From positions 744,001 through 808,000 of the forward strand of contig NC_043004.1 in assembly GCF_006345805.1 (NCBI RefSeq): a stretch of 64,000 nucleotides of DNA, read 5' to 3'. Shown here one piece after another: positions 52,140-64,000 of this stretch. This stretch comes from Octopus sinensis. Taxonomy: Eukaryota. Under the pieces are notes generated by a model that made no database searches, was not told the DNA's origin, and worked only from the letters and a program-made list of their open reading frames with translations. The translations under genes and the position numbers were made by a program. Numbering within the stretch: position 1 is the first letter of the stretch; every line of letters starts with the position of its first letter.

Positions 52140-52480
52140 AAGAGAGGTTTCAAAATGGGGGGATAATATTCAGCAATGTCGAATTGAGGAAACTTAGAAA
52201 AAATGTTAGTATTAATATTAATAAATAAAACCAGTTAATAATTGTACAACTTTTATTCAATTGTTGGTGGTTCGTTGTTTCCCTAATCTTATTATGAATA
52301 TTACTTGACATTTTCTTTCCTGTTGATTAATCCGATTTCAGTTTTTGCGGGATTAATTCATATACGTCTGGGATTGGAGAAGCATTTCCTTTATAGTTCT
52401 TATGTTATAACGCACTTTCCCGTTTAAATATACTTTCTAATCCATTGTCAAAATTAAGTTTAATTTATCTCACAAAACTG
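52140..52480 (-). pseudogene. Penelope-like element reverse-transcriptase relic
   Basis: Minus-strand frames: SNPRRI*INPAKTEIGLI (cf. NPxCRLINPAKSEIG), NKIRETTNHQQ...IINWF and QFDIAEYYP (cf. FDIxxFYPSI). Confidence 0.72.
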
Positions 52481-52566
52481 AGATCAGGTTAATTAATAAG
52501 AAAATATTAACAGTAAAATTAAGAAGTCAAGCAACCTTTAACAGTAGTATAGTAATTCCCTGGTAT

Positions 52567-52960
52567 TTCTTTTACTTGTTTCAGTCATTTGACTGCGGCC
52601 ATGCTGGAGCACCGCCTTTAGTCGAGTAAATCGACCCCAGGACTTATTCTTTGTAAGCCTAGTACTTATTCTATCGGTCTCTTTTGCCAAACTGCTCAGT
52701 TACGGGAACGTAAACACACCAACATCAGTTGCCAAGCGATGGTGGGGGAACAAACGCACACAAACATATACACACACATGCACATACATATATATTTATA
52801 TATATACGACGGACTTCTTTCAGTTTCCGTCTGCCAAACCCACTCACAAGGCTTTGGTCGGCCCTGGGCTATAGTAGAAAATACTTGCCCAAGGTGCCAC
52901 GCAGTGGGACTGAACCTGAAACCATGTGATAAGCAAGCTACTTACCACATAGCCACTCCT
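52567..52960 (-). mobile_element. SINE family A, full length, low divergence
   Basis: Close match to the other A copies. Confidence 0.92.
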
Positions 52961-53511
52961 AGCATTAATAATAAAAGCGAATCCATTTTACCCAAATCGA
53001 TATTATCGAACATTTTTCCCTTTTTCTCGATGCCACCACCCATCAGCGCTCTTGAATTTGCTAGGAAGGATTGAAGATAAATTCAAACAACGATACTTCA
53101 GCATACTTCTTCCTTCAGAAATATAGAAATGAGGAATACAACAAGACTATTCAACTGTGTTTGAAGTTTAAAAGAAAATGCTACTTTTTTTTTAGCGTAA
53201 AGTAGAAGACCATACAGAAACAAGACAAGAAGTTGAAGGTGTGCATAACTGAGAAGAGCATTAAACTAAAATTATCTAAATGCAAGAACATAGTTCTTCC
53301 CTAAATGTTCTAACCATGACAAATAACTAATGAAGAAATAGAAGATCGTCCCATCGTCTGACTGAATTTACCAATACTTAACTATTTACGAAGGACAATC
53401 ACAAACTTTCTGTATTTTCTTTTTTTTTTTCGTCTATTCATAGAAATTTGTGATATTACTTTACGTTATAACAGAACGCTTTGATATTTTAAAATTTTGT
53501 ATATCTATTTA

Positions 53512-53631
<120 letters not shown>

Positions 53632-54257
53632 TGTGTGTGTGTAGCTATATGATCATATATGCTTTGCGTATGTCTGTATGTATATGCAGCTATTTTATTG
53701 GCAACAGAATTAATTTAAGCTTAAATATATATATTTTTTATCAAATGTCAATTTTACCGGTCTTTTCAAAAGAATTTTTTGTCTATAAATTTCATATAAT
53801 TTTGTTGCATAAATTCTACGTTGTGGATTTTGCGTATTTTGGAGATCAATATAGGTTTGTTGCTTTTTCTTTTGGAATTTTATATTCTTTGTCTTTGTTT
53901 CTGCATTCCTTGGTTCCGTTTCTTCGTCATCACTACAATATGAAAGACTCGACTCGGGCGGTGGTAAGAGCATGTTTTCATGTGTGTGTATGTTTGTGCG
54001 AGCCGTCAAGGTAGGCATTAAAATCCACCTCCATCCCTGACACACTACCCAACTCGACCGGCTGAGCAAAGTGCCACTGAAAGCCGCGCATGTCTGCTTC
54101 GAATCGAGTACCAATCGCGCATGCCAGTGCGTTAAAGATCGTATAGAGACTACCTCTGCTACCCCTTCCCCTTGAAGACTTTTGCACAATGATATCTTAC
54201 CGCATGAACCCTAGCTCTGACAGCCCAACTTCTGTGCTTTGCGTTGAAGATGAATAT

Positions 54258-54398
<141 letters not shown>

Positions 54399-54421
54399 CA
54401 TTATTATTATCATCATCATTA

Positions 54422-54799
54422 CTGAGTGCGAGAGCAGTGCATACCATCAAAGTAACACTGGGGTAAAATATACGAAGTCCAGTATACCCATCATGACTAC
54501 CCGTCTGATAAGGGTACACCAGGCACATGCATCACAACCACATGTGCGCGACATGGTGATCTCATAATCAAGATAAACGGCACATGACCTTGCATGTGGG
54601 GGCCCCAGTTAAAATTTTCTTTAGCTCATTCCGTTCAAAAGGTCTCTGAATAAGGGTTGTTTAACGATGTCGAACAAAATACCCATATTTCCAGAGGTGA
54701 ATTATTCAGGCTAGTCAAACAACTGACAAGCAAATCTGTGGTATTGAGCAGAATATTTGTTGTAGCTCATCTTTTATACCAAGACAAAACAATGTACAT

Positions 54800-54800
<1 letters not shown>
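54422..54800 (-). mobile_element. Family D retroposon, internally deleted
   Basis: Reverse complement of 37708-38268, lacking about 110 bp internally and one end. (ATT/ATC)n and (ACT)n flanks. Confidence 0.85.
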
Positions 54801-54853
<53 letters not shown>

Positions 54854-55434
54854 AGACTATTATTATTATTATTATTATTATCATGATCATCATCATTTCT
54901 TACATGGACATGACACATTCTCATAATAATTTTAGTGATTATATTTTCGTAAATACAAACCCAGCATTTGTGACGCTCATACGTTTCTTCAAATCAATAG
55001 CACGGACTGACGTGAGACAGATATAACAATGGAAAATTTTAAAATATTTACTAAACAGTATTTAAATTTTTTTTTGTGCGTCGGTTGATTTGTGCAAGAA
55101 ATATTTCTTACTTTTTCTTTATTTCACATGTCAAGCCAGAGGAAGTCGAGGGATAGACTGCAGATGTCGCGTTGCCTGGCCATTATATAAAATAAACTAC
55201 AATCAATCATGCAAACTAGAATATCAACATTGCTACAGCTGGTCGGTATTATATGATAATGGGTCTACGTGTTTATTATATCCAACACCAGCTTAATGAT
55301 CAATTCGGTGCAATGATGCCCTACGTGCGCCATATGGTACAGAAGTGTGCTACGGTGACATTTGTGTATTTAGAAAAATGTCTGTATGCGTATTGATCAC
55401 GTGGTTTTATCTGATCACGCTATTAATGTTTATC

Positions 55435-55640
55435 TTCTATATTTTCACTCATTAGATTGCAGCCATGCTGGAGCACCGCCTTCAAAGGTTTTAGTCAAAC
55501 GAATGGATCCCCTCCTAGTGCTTGTTTTTTTAAATTCTGGTACTTGTTATATTGTTCATTTATGCCGAACTGCTAAGTCACGGTGGCGTAAACAAACCAG
55601 CGGTTGTCAAGCGATGGTGGGGAACAAACAAAAACAAGAA
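55435..55640 (-). mobile_element. SINE family A, 3' half
   Basis: Tail alignment. Confidence 0.85.
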
Positions 55641-55684
55641 GTCACACAGTCACACACGTATGTATGCATGTGTGTATGTATGTA

Positions 55685-55783
<99 letters not shown>

Positions 55784-55796
55784 TTACGCTCTCTCA

Positions 55797-55836
<40 letters not shown>

Positions 55837-55911
55837 TGTTAAATAAAATGAGAATACAAGATAACAAGGCCAAGGCAATGCGATATCTCTAGGACATTTA
55901 TAAAGAGAAAG

Positions 55912-55963
55912 GTGGTCTTTCATCTGTTTCGGGGAAATAAAAGATATCCCATCATCAGAAACG
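55912..55963 (-). ncRNA. Degenerate type I HHR motif
   Basis: Minus strand: gttt-CTGATGA-tggga..ttcccc-GAAA-C[AGAT]G-aa. The NUH triplet is lost. Confidence 0.5.
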
Positions 55964-56207
55964 TGTCGAGAGAGTTTCAATAGAAAGAATTAGCAACATT
56001 GTTTATATAAGAAGTTATTTTAGAAAGGGAGAGATGCGGAAATTATAAAGAGAAATATGAAAATAAATATATATTTGGATGTTAAAGTTGCTGTTCTCAC
56101 TCATACTGTTATTGAACCGGGAGTGTAGTAGCGGTCCTTCGTAGCACTTACAAAACCTTACTTGCCTTTTGGGTCTTCTGGATACCAAAACCTCTCATAT
56201 ATATATA

Positions 56208-56460
56208 TAGTCAAAATAAGCAACAAGGATATCCAAGGTAGAGTAGTACAATTGTTTCATGCTACTTCATTTTATTAAACACTGTAAGTATTACATCAGT
56301 TTTAAAATGTCGACTAATCTTCAGCCACATATAGAATTTTCCAATTAAACGGACAATGCACATTAAAACTGATGTAATACTTACAGTGTTTAATAAAATG
56401 AAGTAGCATGAAACAATTGTACTACTCTACCTTGGATATCCTTGTTGCTTATTTTGATTA
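56208..56460. mobile_element. 253-bp fold-back element, 98-bp arms (97/98 identical), 57-bp spacer, TA flanks
   Basis: Arms 56208-56305 / 56363-56460. Confidence 0.9.
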
Positions 56461-56561
56461 TAATCACCCCATTTGATTTATATGGATAGGTGCCTTTAAC
56501 TTAAGGACCATATTCATCTGAATCAAAATTTTCCTGAACTTATATATATATATATATACAT

Positions 56562-56646
<85 letters not shown>

Positions 56647-56689
56647 CATACATACATATATATATATACATATATATATGTGTGTGTGA

Positions 56690-56720
<31 letters not shown>

Positions 56721-56724
56721 CATG

Positions 56725-56880
56725 TACGGACCGCTGTCACTCAGTATCCGTCAACTAAATCCACTCACAAAGCATTGGTCGGCCGGGTCTTTAGCAGAAG
56801 ACAACCAAGGTGCCAAATAGTGAGACTGAACCCGGAATCATAAGGCTGGGAAGCAAAATTCTTACCACACACCCACGCTG
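56725..56880 (-). mobile_element. SINE family A, 5' half
   Basis: Core and head alignment. Confidence 0.75.
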
Positions 56881-57230
56881 TTTGCTTGATTTGATAATTT
56901 TACCCTGAATAAATCGTTAAAAAAAGAAGAGAACTGCAGGTTATGACAAAAATAGCAATGAGTCATCGGCCGAGCAGAAAAGTGGAATTACGATAAGTGG
57001 CAAAAGCTGAACGCTAGTCGTAGATGAAGTAGTATTGGTTATTCAAATTGGCAACAAACAAAGATCACAAACTTTGTGTGTGGGACGGACACTCGCTTAA
57101 ATCATCTCTGTTAATTGACTGCAAACTCTGTTTTATTGAGCTGTTAAGGATGAAAGGCAAAGCTAATCTCCAAGGAATTTGGACTTGACACTGATATTAA
57201 TGGTCGTTTCATAACATTAGTGTGTTATGA

Positions 57231-57296
<66 letters not shown>

Positions 57297-57503
57297 GGCG
57301 GCGTGCTGGCAGAATCGTTAGCGCGCTGGACGAAATGCTTAGCGGTGTTCGCCCATCGCAACGTTTCGCCTTCAAATTCCGCCCAGGTCGACTTTCATCC
57401 TTTTGGGGTCAATAAATTAAGTACCAGTTGTGTACTGGAGTCGATCTAATCGACTGGCCCCTTCCCCTAAAATCTGAGGCCTTGTACCTACAGTGGAAAG
57501 GAT

Positions 57504-57505
<2 letters not shown>
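57297..57505 (+). mobile_element. SINE family B inside (ATT)n
   Basis: Head ggcggcgtgctggcagaatc directly after (ATT)n. Confidence 0.85.
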
Positions 57506-57542
<37 letters not shown>

Positions 57543-58086
57543 TATAATTATTATTATTATTATTGTTGTTGTTGTTGTTGTTATTTCACACGCAGACACA
57601 CACATTTACAAAAGTACACACAAGTAAACACGACTTTAAAAGTGGTGTATATTAGATATATGTATGTACGAATGTATGAATATATATATGTATGTGTGTG
57701 TGTGTGTGTGTGTGTATTTATTTGCAATGGAGAGCAGATAAGCCACATACCCTCTTACTCCTTAAAGCTACGTATTCCTTACACATCCCTTTCCGTGTAT
57801 GTGTGTGTGAAATACTCAGATTGAATGGTACTACTTAAGTGTCGAAACTATAATGATAACCGTTTGAACAGCTGATGATGGGCATTTACTTGTTATGCTC
57901 GGTCGTGAATTTTTTATACCTTACTTTCGTTATTCTGGGTTGTTCTTCACTCCTGTAAAGTGGAAAGTATTCGTGGAAACATAGTCTGTGAAGATGGCTT
58001 TAAGTATTGTTTGATTTTCTTCATAGATACCTAATTACGCTTCTACAATGCTTAGATATTGGTCTCTAGTTTTGGGAGGTTTCGTT

Positions 58087-58180
<94 letters not shown>

Positions 58181-58524
58181 GAATGTATATGTATGTATGT
58201 ATGTGTATCATATATATATATATATATATATATGACGTTTATTGGCTAAACTGGCAAAATGACCATTCCGAAATACAACAATATATATATATATATATAT
58301 ATATTACGGAGATGTACTTGCATAGCAAGTGCGTGTGCGTGCATATACATACATACATACATACATACATACATACATACATACATACATACATACATAC
58401 ATACATACACACATACATACACACAGGCGTACGTACGTACATATATACATACATGCATGCATACATGCGTGTATACATACATACACACATACATACGTAC
58501 ATATATATAACGAACTAACTGTTA

Positions 58525-58807
<283 letters not shown>

Positions 58808-58808
58808 G

Positions 58809-58842
<34 letters not shown>

Positions 58843-58858
58843 CATGTATGTATGTATG

Positions 58859-58908
<50 letters not shown>

Positions 58909-59239
58909 CACACATACATACATACATTCATACATACATACATACATACATTATATATAATGTATAGAGACAAAGAAGGAAGAAAGATGTCATTCCAGTC
59001 GTCACCTGAAAAAGAAAATAACCACACCTACGTAAGACTTGAAATACAAATGTCTGAGTTCCGAACCTTGGGGGAAAAAAATGCTCTTCAAAATGATAAA
59101 ATAAAGTTTAGCTCCTCTCCCACCAAGGAGGATGGCTATTATTGTACAAATCTCATTAGTTACTTAGAAAAGGTCAGATGATTTCATAATCAGTATGTCT
59201 GTAATGCTTAAAAATGTGCTGTTGCTGCTTGTTTGTTTG

Positions 59240-59385
59240 TTGAGCGAAGCGGTCTTCGTCCCAGTGGGAGAAGTCCGAAACGTGGTCCTTTGCTATTCGT
59301 AAGACCCGCAGAAGAGAAAGCAGGTCAACCCCCGACACCGAGAGCATCGACGGATGGATGAATGCGCATCCAGGCTCAGCGGTTG
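59240..59385 (-). mobile_element. Short GC-rich structured retroposon-like repeat
   Basis: CpG-rich 145-bp island between simple repeats. No second copy in the window. Confidence 0.35.
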
Positions 59386-60158
59386 CTGTTGCTGCTGTGG
59401 TTGTTACTCCTGTTTAGATCTTTGTAGGCTGTGACCTCTCGTCTTTCGATTTTAAAATCAAGTATTGTGTATGTAGGACATCGCTCAATATGTCCTTAAG
59501 AAGGAGAATGAGCAACACGAGTAAAGTTTGGCTCCTATTTCTACCAGGCTGGTCGACCACGTCAGCTCAATCAAGATACCTTGTTGTTGTTGTTGCTGTT
59601 TTGGCCTCACAAATTGACTTACGAGCAAAACTATTTCAGGTTTTGTATATTAAGGACTATATTGTCCAAGATCGTTTTTCCTCTTTCGTTTTTAGACGCC
59701 GGTGAACGGGAAGATTGGAAGGAGATTTAGTTGCTATTTCTAACAGGTCGAGCGACTGGTTAGAAAGCTTCTCTTGTTGACTTGGATCTATATGTGTTGT
59801 TGTTGCTATTGTGCTGCGCCCAGCAATCGTGCAAACCTCTCCGATGTCGGCCAATTAATTATCACACATTCATTCTGTTGATTAATTGCTTGCTTAGGTT
59901 AAAGGCAATCCCCTTCACTAGCAGCTCTGATAGAAGTAACGTTTAGTACAACTATCTAGTTGTTATTGTTGTTGTTGATGTTCTTGTTGTTGTTGTGTTA
60001 ATCTTCTTATCTTAATTGCCAGTTGAAGGTCGCAGGAATTAAAAAAAGAAAAACATTCCTGAAATGAAACGCCTTCTAATCGCCCTGATTGTCAGTTAAA
60101 CATTTCATACGGAACTCACTAACGGGTTGCGAAGCAAGCGCATGCCCTACTTTTCTAC

Positions 60159-60264
<106 letters not shown>

Positions 60265-60350
60265 CTCGCGTGCACATACACATACGCGCACACACACGCA
60301 CACACACACACACAAACGCATACCCACAACATAAACTTATTAGTCTACAA

Positions 60351-60590
60351 CAGTGATTCCCAACCGGGGTTCATATGGCCCTTAGGGGGCCCTTATAAGA
60401 TTCTGTAATGAATTATTTCTACATCTCCAATTCGCAAAATAATCCAATTTTGTTTTATACAATTCCTGTAATATTTAATCGTAAAAATAGAATAGGATTT
60501 TTTAAAGCATCGAATGGCTATGAGGGTCCAGTAGAATAGAATAGGAAACAAAGGGGCCCGTAGGAAAAAAAAGGGGTTGAAAACCCACTA
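60351..60590. mobile_element. hAT (Charlie-like) MITE, older
   Basis: cagtgattcccaacc...ggttgaaaacccacta. Degenerate 8-bp TSD gtctacaa/atctgcaa. Confidence 0.72.
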
Positions 60591-60624
60591 ATCTGCAATA
60601 TTGATGCAAAATGAATTCTTTTTA

Positions 60625-60831
60625 TTCTTTTACTTGTTTTCGGTCATTTGACTGCGGCCATGCTGGAGCACAGGCTTGAGGGGTTTTAGTGGAACAAATC
60701 TGTCCGAGTACTTATTTTTAAGCCTTAATATTTATTCTATCGAACCTTTTTGCTGAACCGCTAGATAACTGGGGCGTAAACACACCAACACCGGTTGTCA
60801 AGCGGTGATGGAGGTGCAAACACAAATAGAT

Positions 60832-60888
<57 letters not shown>

Positions 60889-61075
60889 TAAAGACATGTA
60901 CATATGTACACATATATGACGGGTTTCTTTCAGTTTTCGTCCACCAAATCCACTCACAAGCCCTTAGTCTGCCCGAGCCTATAAGCAGAAGACACGTCTC
61001 CAAGGTGCCACGCAGTGGGACCGAACCCGGGACCATGTAATTGTGAAGCAAGCTCTTTACCAAACAGCCATGCCT
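60625..61075 (-). mobile_element. SINE family A, full length
   Basis: Tail, (CA)n, core and head. Confidence 0.9.
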
Positions 61076-61604
61076 GAACTTATGTTTAAACTCAAAAGAA
61101 AGTTCTCATTATGCGACCTACATGTGCTGTAGAGGAAAAACTATGCAAAATCAAGCCCCCCCCCCCACAAAGAATAATAAGAATATATGCCAAAATCTTC
61201 ATGTCTCGTAAATATGTAATTTTTTTCATCGAATTTTTATGGTTTGTTGCTCGGCTTTGATCACTAGAAGAAAGCAAAATGAATCTCCCTCGGGTGTTAA
61301 ATGCCACACAAAACGTTATTCATGATCTTCATGAGCTAATTCAAACCTTCTCATTAAATACTTCCATCAAAGTCATACATTTAGACTAATTTCTTTTGTA
61401 TATTTCTTAAACCATTTTACTGAGAATTTTTAAGATTCTATCCAAAATGTCTTCTATTTTTTTTCTTTGTAAATGTCTAATTCCACTGCCTCGCAGTTTA
61501 GAACATGCATTGTATTTAATAAACTCTGGAAGTTTATTTTCCGACGGGAACAACCGACTGCGATTTCGGCATATTTTCTTTGTAGTCTTATAACATATCA
61601 TAAG

Positions 61605-61990
61605 CGCAGGTGTGGCTGTGTGGTAAGAAGCTTGCTTCCCAACCGCATGGTTCTGGGTTCAGTCTCACTGAGTGAGTGTCTTGGGCAAGTGTCCTGGGGG
61701 TCAATATTTGTTCGGCTAAAGGCGGTGCTCCAGCATGACCGCAATCAAATAACTGAAACAAGTAAAAGAATAAAAAGAAAGAATATCATAGGCCCATTTA
61801 AGGCAGCGCGAACTAGTAGAATCGATAACCACCCGGATATAACGCTCAGTAGTATTTCTTCCGGCTTTACGTTCTGATGTCAATTGTTGCCGAGGTCAAC
61901 TTTGTCCTTCACCCATTCGTGGTCGATAAAATAAAGCACCAGGCAAGAACTGGGGTCCATGTAATGGAATAGACTCCATTCTCTTCAAAC
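61605..61990 (+). mobile_element. Internally deleted SINE A (61605-61790) followed by degenerate SINE B (61795-61990)
   Basis: Head and tail of A joined at cttgggcaagtgtcctgggg. Confidence 0.8.
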
Positions 61991-62024
61991 TTTCAGACCT
62001 TTTGTCAATAGTAGGAGTGGGATA

Positions 62025-62820
62025 GGCGTGGGAGTGGCTGTGGTAAGTAGCTTGCTAACAGACCACATGCGTGGCACCTTGGGCAAGTGTCTTCTACTAT
62101 AGCCTCGGGCCAACCAAAGCCTTGTGAGTGGATTTGGTAGACGGAAACTGAAAGAAGTCCGTCTTATATACGTTTGTGTGTCTGTGTTTGTCCCCACACC
62201 AACATCGCTTGGCAACCGATGTTGGTGTGTTTACGTCCCCGTAACTTAGCGGTTCGGCAAAAGAGACCGATAGAATAAGTGCTAGGCTTACAAAGAATAA
62301 GTCCTGGGGTGGATTTTCTCGACTAAAGGCGGTGCTCCAGCATGGCCACAGTCACATGACTGAAACAAGTAAAAGAATAAAAGAGTAGAAAGAATAATCA
62401 TGAGTCCATTTAGAAGAGTAACAGATGTGACTGTGAGGTAAGAAGTTTACTTCTCAATTACATGATTCAGGGTTCAGTCCCACTGTGTGGCACCTTGGGC
62501 AAGTGTCTTCTATTATAACCTGGGGGTCGACCAAATCCTTGTGTGCGGATTAGGTAGACGGAAATTGTAAAAAAAATAATGCCTGTCGTATTCATATATG
62601 CGTGTGAGCGTGTGTGTACGTGTGCGTGCGCATTTGTCTCCCATCACTGCTTGGCAACAGGTACTGGCATATTTACGTCCTCGTAACTTAGCGAATCGGC
62701 AAAAGATACCGAAGTACCAGGCTTTTAACAAAAGTACCGGAGTCGATAGATTTAACTAAAAATTCTTCAATGTGGTGCCCCAGCATGGCCGCAGTCTAAT
62801 GACTGATAGAAGTAAAAGAT
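62025..62820 (+). mobile_element. Two tandem SINE family A copies (62025-62385, 62430-62820)
   Basis: Both show core and tail. Confidence 0.88.
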
Positions 62821-62882
62821 AAGAGATGAGAGAAAAATTCTTGTTCATAATTTCAGAGGATGGCAGAAAGGGTTAAATATAT

Positions 62883-63522
62883 ATTTCTTTATTGCCCACA
62901 GGAGGCTAAACACAGAGGGGACAAACAAGGACTGTCAAAGCGATTAGGTCGATTAAATCGACCCAAGTGCCTAACTGGTACTTATTTAATCGACCCCGAA
63001 AGGATGAAAGGCAAAGTCGACCTCGTCGGAATATGAACTCAGAGCGTAAGACAGACAAAATACCTATTTCTTTACTGCCCACAAGGGGCTAAACACAGAG
63101 AGGACAAACAAGGACAAACGGATTAAGTCGATTATATCGATCCCAGTGCGTAACTGGTACTTAATTTATCGACCCCGAAAGGATGAAAGGCAAAGTCGAC
63201 CTCGGCGGAATTTGAACTCAGAACGTAGTGCTAGACGAAATACCGCTAAGCATTTTGCCCGGCGTGCCAACGTTTCTGCCACAATTTTCTCTCACTCCGT
63301 TTGTCTGTTCTTGTTTGTCTTCTCTGTGTTTAGCCCCTTGTTGGTAGTAAAGAAATAAGTATTTCGTCTGTCTTTATGTTCTGAGTTCAAATTCCGCCGA
63401 GGTCGACTTTGCCTTTCATCCTTTCGGGGTCTATAAATTAAATACCAATTGAGTACCGGAGTCAATGTGATCGACTTTTCCCCTACCCACAAAGTCTAGG
63501 AAGTGCGCCTATAATAGACAGG

Positions 63523-63525
<3 letters not shown>
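62883..63525. mobile_element. SINE family B dimer (minus, 62883-63280) abutting a partial B dimer (plus, 63293-63525)
   Basis: Opposite orientations with the same monomer junction. Confidence 0.88.
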
Positions 63526-63605
<80 letters not shown>

Positions 63606-63639
63606 TACCCCCTACATATTGCTATCTCGGAGTGTTTGG

Positions 63640-63860
63640 ACTCATGGGACCAGCTACTCGGCCTCTATAGTGTAGAAGTGACCGAGATCACAATGTTCCC
63701 ACTGAGCATGCCGCCAGTCTGTCGCAGGGTTTCTAGGGTTACGTGAAAGGAAGTGTTTCTTTTGCCCTTGAACACAACGCACCGCCTAGTCCAGGAATCG
63801 AAACCATGATCAGAAGATCGCGAGTGCAATACCTTAACCACTCGGCCACACACCTTCACA
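63640..63860 (-). mobile_element. SINE family C variant
   Basis: ccaggaatcgaaacc...ccttaaccactcggccac head at the right end. Confidence 0.75.
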
Positions 63861-64000
63861 GATGCAGCTTGGTGGGTTGGTAAATTTAATAATTTTCCTT
63901 TTCCTGCGAAAAACTACAGTAAAACTTTAAAAATCCTAAACTAAACGCTAAATAATGTGATTAATCATAATGAAATAACTTCATTTAAGATTAAACTATA

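Noticed and set aside
59240-59385. HDV-like (minus) or hammerhead (plus) ribozyme
   Set aside because: P1-like pairing (gctgag/ctcggt) and a GAAAC-GTG-GTC segment exist, but L3/P3 does not fit the HDV consensus and no CUGANGA core is present.
61090-61600. Possible second Penelope RT relic
   Set aside because: Only vague similarity (ILDRI); no diagnostic motif could be recovered by eye.

Overview
AT-rich eukaryotic non-coding DNA, almost certainly from an octopus-type cephalopod (inferred from the repeat families and the extreme microsatellite load). No host gene can be identified with confidence. Nearly all ORFs in the supplied track are microsatellite translations (YI, HT, CV, poly-X). The window contains: (i) about 40 SINE copies in three main groups (labelled A, B and C here); (ii) decayed LINE fragments of the RTE clade (two large RT relics and several 3' ends, one with three C2H2 fingers) and the R4/Dong clade (three fragments); (iii) a Penelope-like RT relic; (iv) hAT, mariner/Tc1 and Helitron-like relics; and (v) one weak candidate small spliced gene at 8.75-9.43 kb. 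The most striking signal is about a dozen hammerhead-ribozyme (HHR) motifs in several unrelated short repeat families. One is fully intact (17478-17563, minus strand) and two are nearly intact (30371-30426 minus; 10872-10915 plus). All three have the Penelope/retrozyme-type 1-bp stem III with a palindromic tetraloop. Several motifs lie in long fold-back (palindromic) elements. The window also shows three perfect or near-perfect fold-back palindromes, a templated-insertion scar and repeated insertion of retroposons into microsatellites. All alignments and folds were done by eye, so coordinates of degenerate repeats are approximate (about +/-10-20 nt).
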